In this document: one piece after another, positions 23,672 through 36,500 of the stretch
Layout of the letters: each line of letters starts with the position of its first letter
Position numbering within the stretch: the stretch's first letter is position 1
Source of the DNA: Lingula anatina
Lineage: Eukaryota > Animalia > Brachiopoda
NCBI GenBank assembly: GCA_051362555.1
Contig: CM120641.1
Location: 28,898,401-28,962,400 of the forward strand
Reading direction: 5' to 3'
DNA length: 64,000 bases
Translations under genes and position numbers: made by a program
The notes under the pieces: model-generated
What the model was told of the DNA's origin: nothing
Database searches by the model: none
Seen by the model: the letters and a program-made list of their open reading frames with translations, nothing else

Positions 23672-23804
23672 CAATCAAAAAACATAAAACATTTTTTTTT
23701 ACTCACGGTTGCTGTGGACTGGCAATATATAGATTATGCCTATAATTACTGGACTCACTCTTTACTCTTTACTTGTGAATGATCGCATTTAAAACCAAAG
23801 TTGA

Positions 23805-24046
23805 TCCGCAGACTAACAGATCTGTGGGTCGGCCATATTTGATCCCCAGATCTGTTAGTGCTCATTCAGAACAGCAGACTAACAGATCTGCGGATCAAAT
23901 ATGGCCGACCCACTTGAATGCTTGTTGCATAATCCCGGCGGGGAAACTATTTGGCGGCAAGCTTTTTTTAAAATGGTCACCATATTTGATCCGCGGATTT
24001 GTTAGTCCGCTGTTCTGAATGCTAATCAAGTTATTCTGAATGGGCC
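23805..24046. mobile_element. Palindromic MITE fragment (PIF/Harbinger-like end)
   Basis: ~36-bp hairpin arms GTGGGTCGGCCATATTTGATCC.CAGATCTGTTAGT at 23824-23913, further subrepeats at ~23981-24021, and the end TTCTGAATGGGCC. Confidence 0.6.
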
Positions 24047-24650
24047 TTTCAACAGGCCTCATAAACAATAATTGCCGTTTCCGATCATGGGCCTCAGATT
24101 TGTGTGCAAAAATGCCCGAAGTAATAACGCGAACCACGATTTTATGACACGAACTTAAATTCACCTGACACGAACACCGAATAAAACAGGATGAACTACA
24201 AGTATCTGGGCAACTTTCATCCAGGTTTACAGCTGTGCGCATTTGGCTTCTTTTTATCAACCCCAAACTATGTTTAATATGGTGGAAGATGCAAGAAACT
24301 GCACATCATATTCCTAGTCGAAAAATAGTAAATATTCATATCATTCTGCTTCTTTAAAGAAAGAGAAAGGATACTAAACCAAGGTCTAATAAACGAAATA
24401 AAGTGGCTTGAGATTTATTGACAGGATTTGAGGAGGAGAGTGATGCTAGTTGCCGTGGTCTCTCAAAGCTTAAAAAAACAACCGAAAAACAAACAAATGC
24501 CTCAAGACAAATCAATTTGAAACTAATGCATTTCTATCATCTAGGCCTACTGTGGTACTGCGTATTGATAACGGGGAATGATGCGTGCATTGCTAAAAAT
24601 GGAAGTCCTATGGCATACATTTAGTATCCGTAGAATCTCCCAAGTAATTC

Positions 24651-24980
24651 AGGCCCAAGTTAGAACCGGAGGAACAGTGTGGTGTGGTGTAAGAATGCGA
24701 GTGCTATACGTGTGGTGAATCGTACATTGTAGAGACCGGTCGGTCTCTAACAAAGAGAAAAAAAAAAAAGAAAAAAAAAAGGCAAAAATGTGTCCAAAAA
24801 GTGACCCTCAGTCACCATCAAGAAGAATAAACGGAACACAATGGAATGACATCAAACAGAACAAAAAACATCAAAATACTGGACAAGAAAAACCGTGACT
24901 CCCACCATCAATCATGTGGCAACTGGCTGCACGTTGGAAGATATTCAGGACAGATCACTGTCGTCGCGGTCGGAAATTTG
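24651..24980 (+). mobile_element. Penelope-like retroelement GIY-YIG endonuclease remnant
   Basis: Translation from 24651 gives RPKLEPEEQCGVV*ECECYTCGESYIVETGRSLTKR (resembles GVVYxIxCxxCxxxYIGETGRxLxxR), with NIKILDK further on. Confidence 0.8.
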
Positions 24981-26305
24981 TAAATTTCACAACCTTCGAA
25001 AAAGTAATGAATTTTGCTACATTTACGAAAAAAATGTTACTCACATTGCGTCATGCAATGCATCCGTGCCTTTCCTTAACATTATATCAATAACACGTAA
25101 AACCAAGGAGCAAAAAGTGGCGTAGGACTAACATTACTTGGGAATAGTAGTCCTACAGGGACTTAAGTTCCTGGCTCATAATTAGAGTAGGTAGGACTTG
25201 TATTACTGTCGGAGTTTTATATCTGTTTCACCTATGACAGTAATATAAGTCCGGCCATTTAAAAGTCCTATCCTTTGGCAATAATACGGTTAAATGATAC
25301 AACTATAAATGTATATGAAATCCTTCTGGTGAGCCATATATCAGACAAAAAATGAGAGGTTTGCAATTTCAGCTCGTCTGTGTAGTGGTTAGAGTTCAAG
25401 TCCGTAAGGTAAGAAGTCATGAATCATTGTGTTACATCTATGGGTGCGAGACCTGTCTTTGACATGACCTTATCCCCCCCTCCCCTTTCCATTCATTTAT
25501 TACTTGTAGCAAAATGTTTAATGGTGTTTTTAATGTCTAATATGTGTTCGAATGTCCGTGCTTGTTACATTTACAACTATTTTTTGTTTTGTTTTTTAAG
25601 TGTCAAAGCACCAAAATGGCAAAGGGTTATTACAGAATAGTATATACATATGTTGCAATTTTCAATTTCTAAACTGTCTTGATTTGTCTTAAATCTCAGC
25701 CCATACTTTCCAAGAGCAAATTTCCATCGAGTTTGAGATTATTTTTCAATTTCTGCGAGTGTAAACCGAAAAATAAATCTAAGAACGGAGATCCCGCGTT
25801 TTGTGTAAAGTGATTTTTCTCTTAGGAATAAATTTTTGAAAAAGAGACCAAATAAGAAGACCAAATAAGAATTTCGACGCAAAACACAAAAGGTACACCC
25901 CAGTAGAAAAGGACATGAAATAATATACACTGTACATATACCTCAAAGGAGGAAAATAAGGGATGCCTTTGGATGGTGCCTTATTTTGTTTAAAAAATCG
26001 GGCAAACCAGGCTCATACATATTGTGCACTGAGGGAGGAGTACGCCAAAAATACGCGTTAACACATAAAAATTTGCGTTTACTAGATGAAAAGTACACAT
26101 AAAATAAATAATTTTTTGTTACTTCATTAATATGCATATAAACTACCTATCGGGACATAAAAGCATTGTAAAATATAAAGATAAAATGATGTCATATAAA
26201 TTGAATAAAACAAACGTTTATAATATCTTTAAAAATGAAACGTTTATTATATCTTTAAAACTAGTAGGCCTACATCTCTATATCTATTCATGTCATGTCA
26301 TGTCT

Positions 26306-26492
26306 CGGTGTAAACCATATAGGACATGCGTTACTACTGTACACGTAGGACTTGCATTACTTGGGAGCCTTCGTCCTACGGACATTGAATACTAGTAACG
26401 TATGTCCTAGGACTTCCATTCCTAGCAATGCATGCCCTAGGACTTGCATTCCCAGGACTTGCGTTACTAGGACGTGCACTCCTGCCACACCT
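26306..26492. repeat. Unclassified element built from ~15-bp TAGGACTTGCATT(A/C)C subrepeats in both orientations
   Basis: About 8 subrepeats between CGGTGT and ACACC. Related motifs lie at ~25120-25205. Confidence 0.6.
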
Positions 26493-26661
26493 GCTTAAAT
26501 GTCTGTCACGCCTACCGAATCAGCTAGGGCGTAAAAATAATTAGCCCCTAACAGCTTTACTAAGCGTGACAGACATTTAAGCCTGTTAAGTTGCATTGAT
26601 CGTAATTTAGTGAGACTCCCCAGGGAGATAGATCGATCTAAATATCTGTGGTAATGGTCCC
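26493..26661. mobile_element. Partial palindromic MITE (same family at 34621-34840 and ~55990-56050)
   Basis: 19-bp perfect inverted repeat GCTTAAATGTCTGTCACGC at 26493 and 26564-26582. tagtgagactcccc..gatagatcgatctaaa is shared with ~34783-34822. Confidence 0.7.
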
Positions 26662-27679
26662 TTTAGTTTGGCGTGTTCCACGGGCAAGAAGGTTGCACTA
26701 AGTTTTACCCCTGGTCTGGCTTGAACTACTTTACAATTGGTGAAGTAAATGTTTTGGAAGAATAGATAATAAAACGAGACCGTGAAGTATCTACCATTCT
26801 TTTCAGAATCATCCTAGATTTTAAAATCGCCATTACAGGTAGTTTTCATTTCCTTGACAAAATTTAACCTGGTGGATATTTGTTGTGTACGTAATTTCAT
26901 TGGATTGAGATTTTTTAAATGCTTACTTTCATCATCAATTCTAATTGAAAGATAAGGATAAATTAGTACAAATTTACACTTCATGCTTAGTTGCATTCGA
27001 CAAAAATTCAAGCATGATCTATTCCCTACATGATTTCTTTTAAGAAACTGGGTGTTATGACAAAATATAAGTGTGGGCGCTCACGAAGAAAAAACCGACT
27101 TCAGTTTAAAAGAAAAAAAAACGCGACAGCACATATAGCGTTACACAGTTTTCCTCACAATATCATCTAATTTGTTTGTTTTTTTTTAATAATTTATATA
27201 TAGCAAAAGTGAAGTTAATAGAAATAAATTAAATGCATTTGTTTATAGTATTCAGTGGTGTCTAAAGAGCCAGCCAAGAGACCTTTTCGTCGGACCACTT
27301 TTGAACACAGCATGATGGACGTTCACAGGTGTAAGTAGGATCAGACAGAACTGCTCAGTACCGAAAATAGAGTCCAGTGTAACAACACTGAGAAAGTCTG
27401 CCCTCAGTTTAGTTATAATGGTTAGGGTTAGCCTGACCCACGCCTGACCCACACCAGGGACCGGATTTGATCTGAGGACCAGGACACAGGAGAACGTCAC
27501 ATTTGGTCCATGCCAATTACTTGGAAGTTGGGATGCCATTCTCAACCTCAGAGTGACGCTCCCCCCCGTTAAGAATTTTCCAAATTCATTCCTTTTTATT
27601 CCACTTTTATTGTATGAAAAAAATATTGTTTTTGTGACAAAAGGTTACGACCCCTTGAAGTTACTAAGACAAACACAAA

Positions 27680-30452
27680 CGATTTTACATTATTTATTTA
27701 TTCTTTCTATCATTATTTAAACGTGGTACTGGGACGTAAATATTCTGATCTTACGTACCGGGGGTACACCATCATTAAACTGGAAGAGTTACAATTTTCA
27801 CATGCGTCCTGACTCAGAGAATTGCTCATACAACTCTCATTCTGTTTAGGATCTATTTACTGTATGGAGTCATGTGCTAGTACACATTACGAAAAGACTA
27901 AATATAAATATACAGTATCTCGCGGATAACTTCAGATCACATATGTTCCAGCACATAGACATGTAAAATAATTACTTCTGCAGCATACCGTTAATATCAA
28001 TCTTAAAGGAGTATAGGAGCTGCATGCTGTTAAAGTATCTATAATACTAAATGCAAAATGGTTCTATTTTTACCATCCGAAGCCAGGCTTTAACATAACA
28101 AGTAGACTGATGTAGATGCAGTGATAGGAATGTTACACTTTCCTTTCATTCAATCTACAATATTTGGGAGATGATATCATGATGCACCTGCAATGACATC
28201 ACAACTTCCGTGTAATGATACTTAGAAAAAAAATTACATCACAACCTCCATACAATGATATTTTTGTGTCATGAAATGACACCTGAGTAATCTTCCTGAT
28301 CATAACACAACCTTTCTGGAATACATTTTGAATAAAAACCAGTTTCTTTCATGGATAAGCTAAAATGGCTTCAGTTAATATGTTGCTTCAAGTTACATCG
28401 TCAAAATGCAATACCTTTGTCAAATGGATTCAGATAATGAGCCTGGAAACTACCAAAACTTAACTAAAAACAGGTGAAATGAAAGATTCGCCTTTGCATG
28501 CCTCAATATAACAGATTCACTTCTTGTTAGCACTGGATTCTTGTTAGCACTGAATTTTGTATATCAGTGCGAATAAAACCTCACTGAGGTTTTCATACAC
28601 AGTACACATGCTGTTTTTATCATGTGCTTTCAAGTGTCATGTGTTATCAAGTATTACACCAACATGCCTTTTTATAAAAACATCTGCCACCCCTGTGATA
28701 TTTCATCACCATGTTTTCTACAGATCACATCAAAATACAAACGGAATAATTAAATGCTTATACTTTCTTAAAAATGCTAAATCATTGAGGTATCTTGGGT
28801 TAGGGATAGCCATTTCTTGAGATATGAACAAAACTTAACGATAGCACAGAAGAAAGTTGATGGGTTTAGATCCACATTCCTTGTGTACTGTAGTAATGAT
28901 AAGATGTCAAATAACACATTCTGAACAGACACTGCCATGTGCAATTGATCTATCAGATCTTTTCTCTCTTTTTTTCATAACAAATACACACAAGTGTCTC
29001 ATCTTCTCCCAATTAACTACAAATCTTTCCTACATTTCCTGCAATAATAATAATAATAATAAAAAACTTCAATTTTCTACACAAACCATTCGGTTTACCC
29101 TTTGGAATTCCATGTTCATTTTCAAACTGATCAACTTCAAATAGTTTCTGTACAAATGCATACATGTACTATTCACAATATTTACAGGTTATTCAAAATT
29201 TGATAATACCAATTAATAAGATAAAGAAAAAGACACCAATATTTTTTCTGGAATACAGAAAACTTATTTCTTCATACACATATGGCAATAATGACGACTA
29301 CTGTCACCTGTCATTAAGAAAAAGGTGTGTCATAAAAAAAAAAAAAAAAAAAAACAGTCCTCATCTGATATTAACTCTTTTCTAAAACAGATATTAATTT
29401 TCCACAAAACAGTCCAAAAACACTGTTTAGAATTTAACATTGAAATTATTTTTTTAAAAAAATGATAAAGAGTTTACTTAACCATGAAATCCATAAATAT
29501 TGTTATAATTATTAGGACATTTATCTTTAAATTGCATAATATTCAAACATCCAATTCCCTCTTATAAACATTTTAACATACACAAACACTACTTGTGCTG
29601 CAACTAAGGCTTAGGAAATACATGACATTAATGCTAATACATCACAGTGTCTCAAAGCACCGCAGTTTTGGCCACAGAAATAGTTTGTTATAAATACATC
29701 CCATAGACATCCTTCATAATGATCACCTTGGCTGCCATCTGAAAATATCCTGAGTGAGACCATTAAACTTGGGACAACCCAACAACGCTGCAACCAATGC
29801 GGTAGGTGCATTTCCCTTCCTCACAATGAGTGAATAGACACAATCATTCTTGATATGCCCCTGAACTTTGTGACAATCGACCCTGTGTATGGCACGCAGA
29901 ATCAGAGGGCAGGATAAAGCCATATGAAGTAGGTATGCAGAATGCCCACAAGCTAACAAACCAGGCTTTCTTATTTCCATGGAACTGTATCATTTAACAG
30001 GACTGAAATATGCCCTTCACTTCATTTTAGTTTTGGACCTCTAAGTGATCTCAACTCAACAGACATTGTTTTCCGTAAAAAAGCCAGTGAGATATCTATC
30101 TACCATGCTTCCTTTGCTGCACATATTTCAGTATATATCACAATAACCAGGGACGGATCCAGAAATATTTTCTGGTAGTCTTCCGAATTATCTTCCTTGT
30201 TAATCCATCCTCATTTTTAACTGTCTTCTAACAAAAACAATTAGATGCCCATCAATGTAAACTTTAAAATTCTGACTGTCTTCCAGAAGACCCAGAAGAC
30301 AGTCTCCATCAGCCCTCCATAACAGCATTCAGTGTTCGTGGTCACTACTGCTGTAGTTGATAACAATGTGTCCTGTATCTCCTGTGCGTGTACCCTGAGG
30401 TTAGCTGCTCCGTGTGGTTCATATGAAATCAGACCATAGTCTTTGGCTAAGA
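27680..30452 (-). other. Probable long 3' UTR of the FAM149B1-like gene
   Basis: No ORF. Tandem AATAAA on the minus strand at ~27693-27702, followed by the GT-rich stretch gtttgtgtttgtctt. Confidence 0.45.
30148..30303 (-). mobile_element. MITE copy (family of 58554-58721) in the 3' UTR
   Basis: cagggacggatccag...catcaatgtaaactt..aaattctgactgtcttccagaagacccagaaga is the reverse complement of the 58.6-kb element. Confidence 0.8.
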
Positions 30453-30517
30453 TCACCTTACAGAGTTGAGTTGTGTTTTTCTCCTGTATGGATTGCCTGG
30501 AGAAGTGTGACTGGGTG
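30453..30517 (-). CDS. FAM149B1: FAM149B1-like last coding exon (PSHTSPGNPYRRKTQLNSVR*)
   Basis: tctcttcag|CA...TGA. Confidence 0.8.
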
Positions 30518-33500
30518 CTGAAGAGACAAAAAAAGAAAATTATTCCATCACAAATTGAAAATGAAATCTGGAAGAGAGGGAATTTAAAAAATCACTTACT
30601 CTCCTCACTTAAACCTTGCATTCACATTTTTCACACTCTGTCCCATGTGTATAAATATCTTGCAAAAAGTTAGAATGTTGATAAATTGATCCCCCCCCTC
30701 CTCGAAAAAAAATAATAAAATGAAAAAGCTCTCTGACAAATGTCTCTATATTTCCTCACCCCATGATTGTGAATGGACTGCCTGGTCTTCTAGGCTGTCT
30801 TCATTATAGTCTATATGTGCATGAGCTGCCTCAGAGCTTGGGTTGATTCCACTCCCTGTAATACCCAGCAACATTTCCCTCCCTGCTGGTGAACCTACAA
30901 ATGATAAATTTTGAGTTCAAAGTATTACATATTCCTGCCTAAGGTTAACAGAGAATCTAATTAGTTTTGCGGATAAAATAAATTAGAATCTGATCTTACT
31001 CTGACCACAAGAAGCCACCCTAACAGCACTAGATAATGTACATTGTCCATTCACTCTGCTGAGACGGTACATGGGAGAGGATTTAGTCTTCTACAAGTTC
31101 TAATATTATACATCACACTGTGAGAACAAGTACCCCTTACTTTCTCAGTAGTAATGATGATGAATGATATGTTCAATTGTTAACTGATAGAGACCCAAAC
31201 AGCATAATCAATCTCAGGAAATACAATGAAACCTGTTCCAATATCAGAGAGGATGCTCTTATTATACACTGTATGTAGATAGTTGTATACATTTATTGAT
31301 ACATTTTTTCATTATTTTCTATAAATTTCCATACTAAGTGTACATTGCCACTTTCTATCAGCATTTACCATTAAGTTCCAGGTCCATAGCCAGCAATTTC
31401 AAAAGGGGGGTTCTTTTTCTGAAAAAGTGAACCTTTTACCATGAAACCACCATGTATCCAAATAAAATTTTACCCAGAGGGGACCTTTTGCCAGCAAAAA
31501 AAAAAAAGGGGGGGGTCTTTTGAAAAGAACCACCCAAAATCCCCCTGGCTACGGGCCTGAGTTCTCTATTCTTACCTAAATGTAGCCCTCCCCTAGTTCC
31601 ACTGTAGCCAAGGGGGGTTGAGGATCTTCTACTGGGGACAGTATTGGCCAGGGCAGCTGCCACAGCTGGGTTAGGGGTCTGACCATGAGGGGTGTCAGCC
31701 TGAAAGATTCATTCATTATTATTATTTTTTTAATACATTATCAATTATTCATGCATGTATAGTTTAGCTTAATTACATCAGCTTAAATGTGGATTTAATG
31801 CTGTTTATAATATTCCATAATGCTATGGAGTACATACCGGTATTATATTATACAAAACTACTGCATGACTACTAAAAAATCTTTAACTGATGATGTTATG
31901 AAGTTTCTTAAGATTTGTATTTGAAAAAAAATGTCTCATGCCTGAGCGTAGGAATCTAGCTAAAGAATTTCTCACCCTAAATGTATGTGTTGTACTTGGC
32001 CTTGTTTCTAAGTGGTGTGCAGACTTAAGGCGATCTTTCCCCGCCCTGAGGTTGTTATCATGCACTGCACTGCTGGCGCGATTAGCGAAATGCGCTTTCT
32101 TCTGCTGAAAATTTAAGAGGATGAATCATCATACGATTCATCATGATACATAAAATAAACAAACTTCCACTTTATTTTATGTCGATCACAAATAATTCTG
32201 GGAAAACATATTAGACTCTGCATACAACAATATTTTAATCAAATTTTTTGAATTATTTGGTGTATACATGCTGTAAACCAAACAGAAAAACTGGAAAATG
32301 TACAGACATTGAACAGAAAAAAAAGCCATTCCCATTACCATATTTTTATGTAAATGTGTACATTCCAATTTACAGTAACTTAGTAAAAATAATAGGTCAT
32401 GTTGATTTAATTATGAACCTGTCTCTTTACCAATCAAAAACACTCAGCAAATTAAAAGTAACACAAAAATAAGATTAAGCACTTATGGTGTGAACATAGT
32501 AGAATATATAGATACAGTGTCTGTTTAGAAATATTCTTAATGAACCCCCACCACCCTTAAAGAAAAACACATACCGTGGTAGTGTTATTTTTCTGTTGCT
32601 GTGGATTAGCTGCCGAGGTATGTGCATTGGTTGCTGCTGCTGCTGTTGCATTTTGTGGCGATGCTGCACCATCAATATTTTCAAAGCCTATAGGTGGCAG
32701 TGGATGTGCTGAAGCACGAGAGGCACCCTGAGGCGGTGACGACAGCCTTTCGTTGAATGTACTTAGCCGGTGGCCTTGGATACCCCCTATAGCAAGCTTC
32801 TCCTCTCCCTCCTGCTGGAGAAATACATATGAATAATTACCTATTCACTGTAAATTAGATCAAATTAACAATTTTTGCAAATTAATTTAAAATGATAAAA
32901 ATCAATCATGGTGTTGTACTGCATAAAACAAGTAAAGGATTATACTTTTTTCATTTGTGATTCTAAAATTGTGTAAAACTATAACAGAAACATTTCATTC
33001 ACAAAAGATTTACATTAGTCTACATCTGAAACCAAAAGGAATCAAAAATCTTTTTAAAATGTGCATGGTGAGTATGCTTAAAGGTAGGCTCTCCTGCAAT
33101 ATATGACCAAATTCTGGCATCCTGATATACTTACAGCCCCAGGCGTCTTCGCCCTCCCGTCCAGAGGGGCCAGCCTCTGCGGATGGGGTTTTCTACGGAA
33201 TGTGGCCGAGGATGGATTGCGTAGGAATGAGTTGTTTCCCATGAACATGTTGCTGATAGGACGATTTTGTTTGTTGAAGTTAAAACTTGACCCTGGTCTC
33301 TCCATTGCCTCAGACCTGGACGTGCAAAATAGAACAACATGGTTATAAGAATTAGTGGTCCATCATAGATCAAATGGATTGCCTTTTCATTGCTTTACCC
33401 TTTTAGACCAATGCCGATGTCAATTCTTAAAATGCTGTTAGTCCAAATGAAGTTATTTGCCACATTGACACTGTGACAAACAATAAAATTGACCTTTTTT

Positions 33501-36500
33501 TATTACATTTGACTAGAATGTAATATAATCTTATAAAATATGACAATAATTGCTGTAATGTATATCATATATCAAGTGCATAAAATACCAATGAATTTTA
33601 CAACCTGGTATTTACCGCATGTTACTGATTAACTTTCTAATTCAATTTACTTCCAAATAAAAATATGATGTATCCATTATTGTTGACTGTTTTTGGTTGG
33701 AAGGTTCCTCTGTTATATAGGGAAAATTGTTAAATTCCAAGACATGAAAAAGCTCACAAAGTCATGTAATTATAACAAAGTGACTTATAGCTTACCCAAA
33801 CCCTGAGTTCTCCCGCCTTAACAGTGGGAAGGATGAAATGACCAGTCCAAAGTCTAAATTGCCTTGCTGACCTTTGACAAATGAATCCTCATACTCGAGT
33901 TGCATTTGTGGAAATTTTGTCAGTTGCTGAAAAAAATATTATTTTATGAAAAATGTTATAGTTATAATAAAAAACTTCAATTATTTTTTCCTTTTCTATT
34001 TTTCAATATGTATAATTTACTTTTTACACATTTTTTTCTATTCAATTATTTTCCCACTAATTTACCATTTAAGAATTTATTCATTCATTTGATAATTTTT
34101 TCAAAATATTTGTTCAGAATACACCTCATTATTAATGAATAATTATCTTTATGTATCTATTTGTTCAATAAGTAATATCTCACACAACCTTATGACTGAT
34201 CACAATGCATATATATTTCTTTACAGCTAAAAATATATCATATTGGGACTTACCAATTATAAAATTAATTTGGTAGAGCAAGATGGAAATCCTCTATAGG
34301 AAAACTCACCTTATCATTAATGATGCTGTTTTCCCTGGATGGAGGCACCTTGTCATTCATGATGGCTCCCAGGTGTGAGGGAAGGTCAGGCAACATGGGC
34401 ATATCATCTTCCTCTTCTTTTTCTGCAATACAAAATATCGACTTTTCAACCAATGCAGTTTACATGACAGTATGTTTATGGAAAAGACACAGAACAAGCC
34501 AGTCAGGTGTATTTGATATACACATATGCAAAGAGTGTCATTGAGTAGTTGACTTATGGATATAGGTACAAATGTAGACCTTGCTGAAGAGTGTTGTAAC
34601 TACATGTGACTTGTACAAAGACCCCATTTCCAGAGATTAGATCGATCTACTTTAGATCGACCTAACTCCCTGGGTGTTCACGCTAAAGAGCTGTCAGCTG
34701 AGCTGACACCAAAGTTAATTACCCCCTTACAGCTTGTAGTAGGCGGGACGGACATTTAAGCCAGATTATCTGACAGTAAAATCTAGTGAGACTCCCCGCG
34801 GGGATAGATCGATCGATCTAAAAGCTCTGGGAATACAGCCAAAGACAGATGTAGAGAACAAGCATGAGACTATGAATATTTCAAATACATAATAAAGTTA
34901 GCTAATACAGATGGTTGACAACATTAAAGCCATTCTGAAGCTATTTACAAAGGTGTGACATCAACACTGACCTGTTAGTAACTGCACATGGTATAACCGC
35001 AGCAGTTTCTTTAGATTATTCACAACCTGCTGAAAAGATCAAAATGGAACTTAAAACATACACTAAATATTATGTAATGATTTCCCTTTTATCTGCTTAA
35101 TTTTTCTACCTGATTGAGAGCTAAAATAAACTGCTTGAATAATTCAGCTGATTATAAAAAGCTGATTAAGCAACCTTTAAACCTTTTGTACATTTTTCAA
35201 AAATGTTTAATATATTATATGCTTTGTGTTTTCTTGAAAAAAATCCAAATGTCCTAGGTTCTGTAAATAAAATTTCTCCTACCTCTGACCATATATATTC
35301 ATATGAACTAACAGCTATTGTATCCTTAGCACATGCAGTTGGAGTCATTGGAGGGAAGCCTGGACGCCGTCTTCGCGGGGAGTGATATACTCGACTTTCA
35401 TGACCCTCATCGTCACTGAAAACATTTAAAAAACAGGTGAATTTTGTCTGTGAGCCCCTCTCCCTTTTTCTAAATACCATATATTCTGTTGATGCTCAAA
35501 AACTTTCCATTCCATTTTTGAACCACAGTATATATACCTACAAAGTTGGGCATCCTTTATGCATGGCAATAAAAGTATCTTATGTACATGTACTAGTTTG
35601 CCTTTTTAACATATTAGCAGAGGGAAATTTCTAATGTTCTAGTTTTGCATTTTATCAACATATTAGACCAAGGCCAAGGTGATTTCACGGTCATGTCATC
35701 TCAAGGTCAAACTGAAGTTACGCCAAGGAAGAGCACTACTTACTCATGCAGAACACTACTTACTCATGTTTATAATCTATTGCTATAATATCTTCATATT
35801 CCCCATCTTGCTCTATAACCTCCTCCTCCAAATGTGCATATTCCCCAGCAGAGTCCGGGTTGGTCCTATGGGTCAAGCTGTCCGATGGTACACTCCTGGG
35901 GGTCACTTGACGTCCAGTTATTGAAAGACTGGAATCAACAAATCATGCGTACAATGTAGTTACAAGACAACAATAAAATCCTTCCCCAATTTTAAATATT
36001 TTTCATTAGAACTTGTTTCCACTACACAAATACCTGCAAAATATAATTCTTTGCTATTTCAAATTGCCATCAACAATTTCAAACTATCTGAGGGTTTTGT
36101 AAGTATGTTAATATTTTTGTGTGTTTTGGGTGGGACAATCAAGCACAATCCTACATACCCCATTTGTTCTGTCGTAGCAGACAGGTCTTGCTCTGTCACA
36201 TCCACCAGTACACTGCCAGTGGCAGGGCGAGGCGTCTCTGACGCAATGGCAACAAAACCTTGGTCTTGCGTAGGGAAAAACTGCCTGCCCAATATCCTAA
36301 AGAAATAATAAATGTAACATTGGAAGTCTTTTTAGAAAACTGTTTACACAAATAAATCATTTGCATAGATGAGATCATATCTAGTTTTTCAACATGCATT
36401 TGTGATGTCAACATTAAAATACATGGAATTAACTTAAATATCAATTGTAATAAAACAGAATATTTAAACATCTGAAAATAAAAATATTTCACAAACTACA

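Noticed and set aside
23096-23782. Poly-Leu/Phe/Lys ORFs
   Set aside because: Translations of (TTA)n, T-runs and A-runs.
27420-27432. Telomere-like GGTTAGGGTTAG
   Set aside because: Only two units, which is expected by chance or within a repeat fragment.
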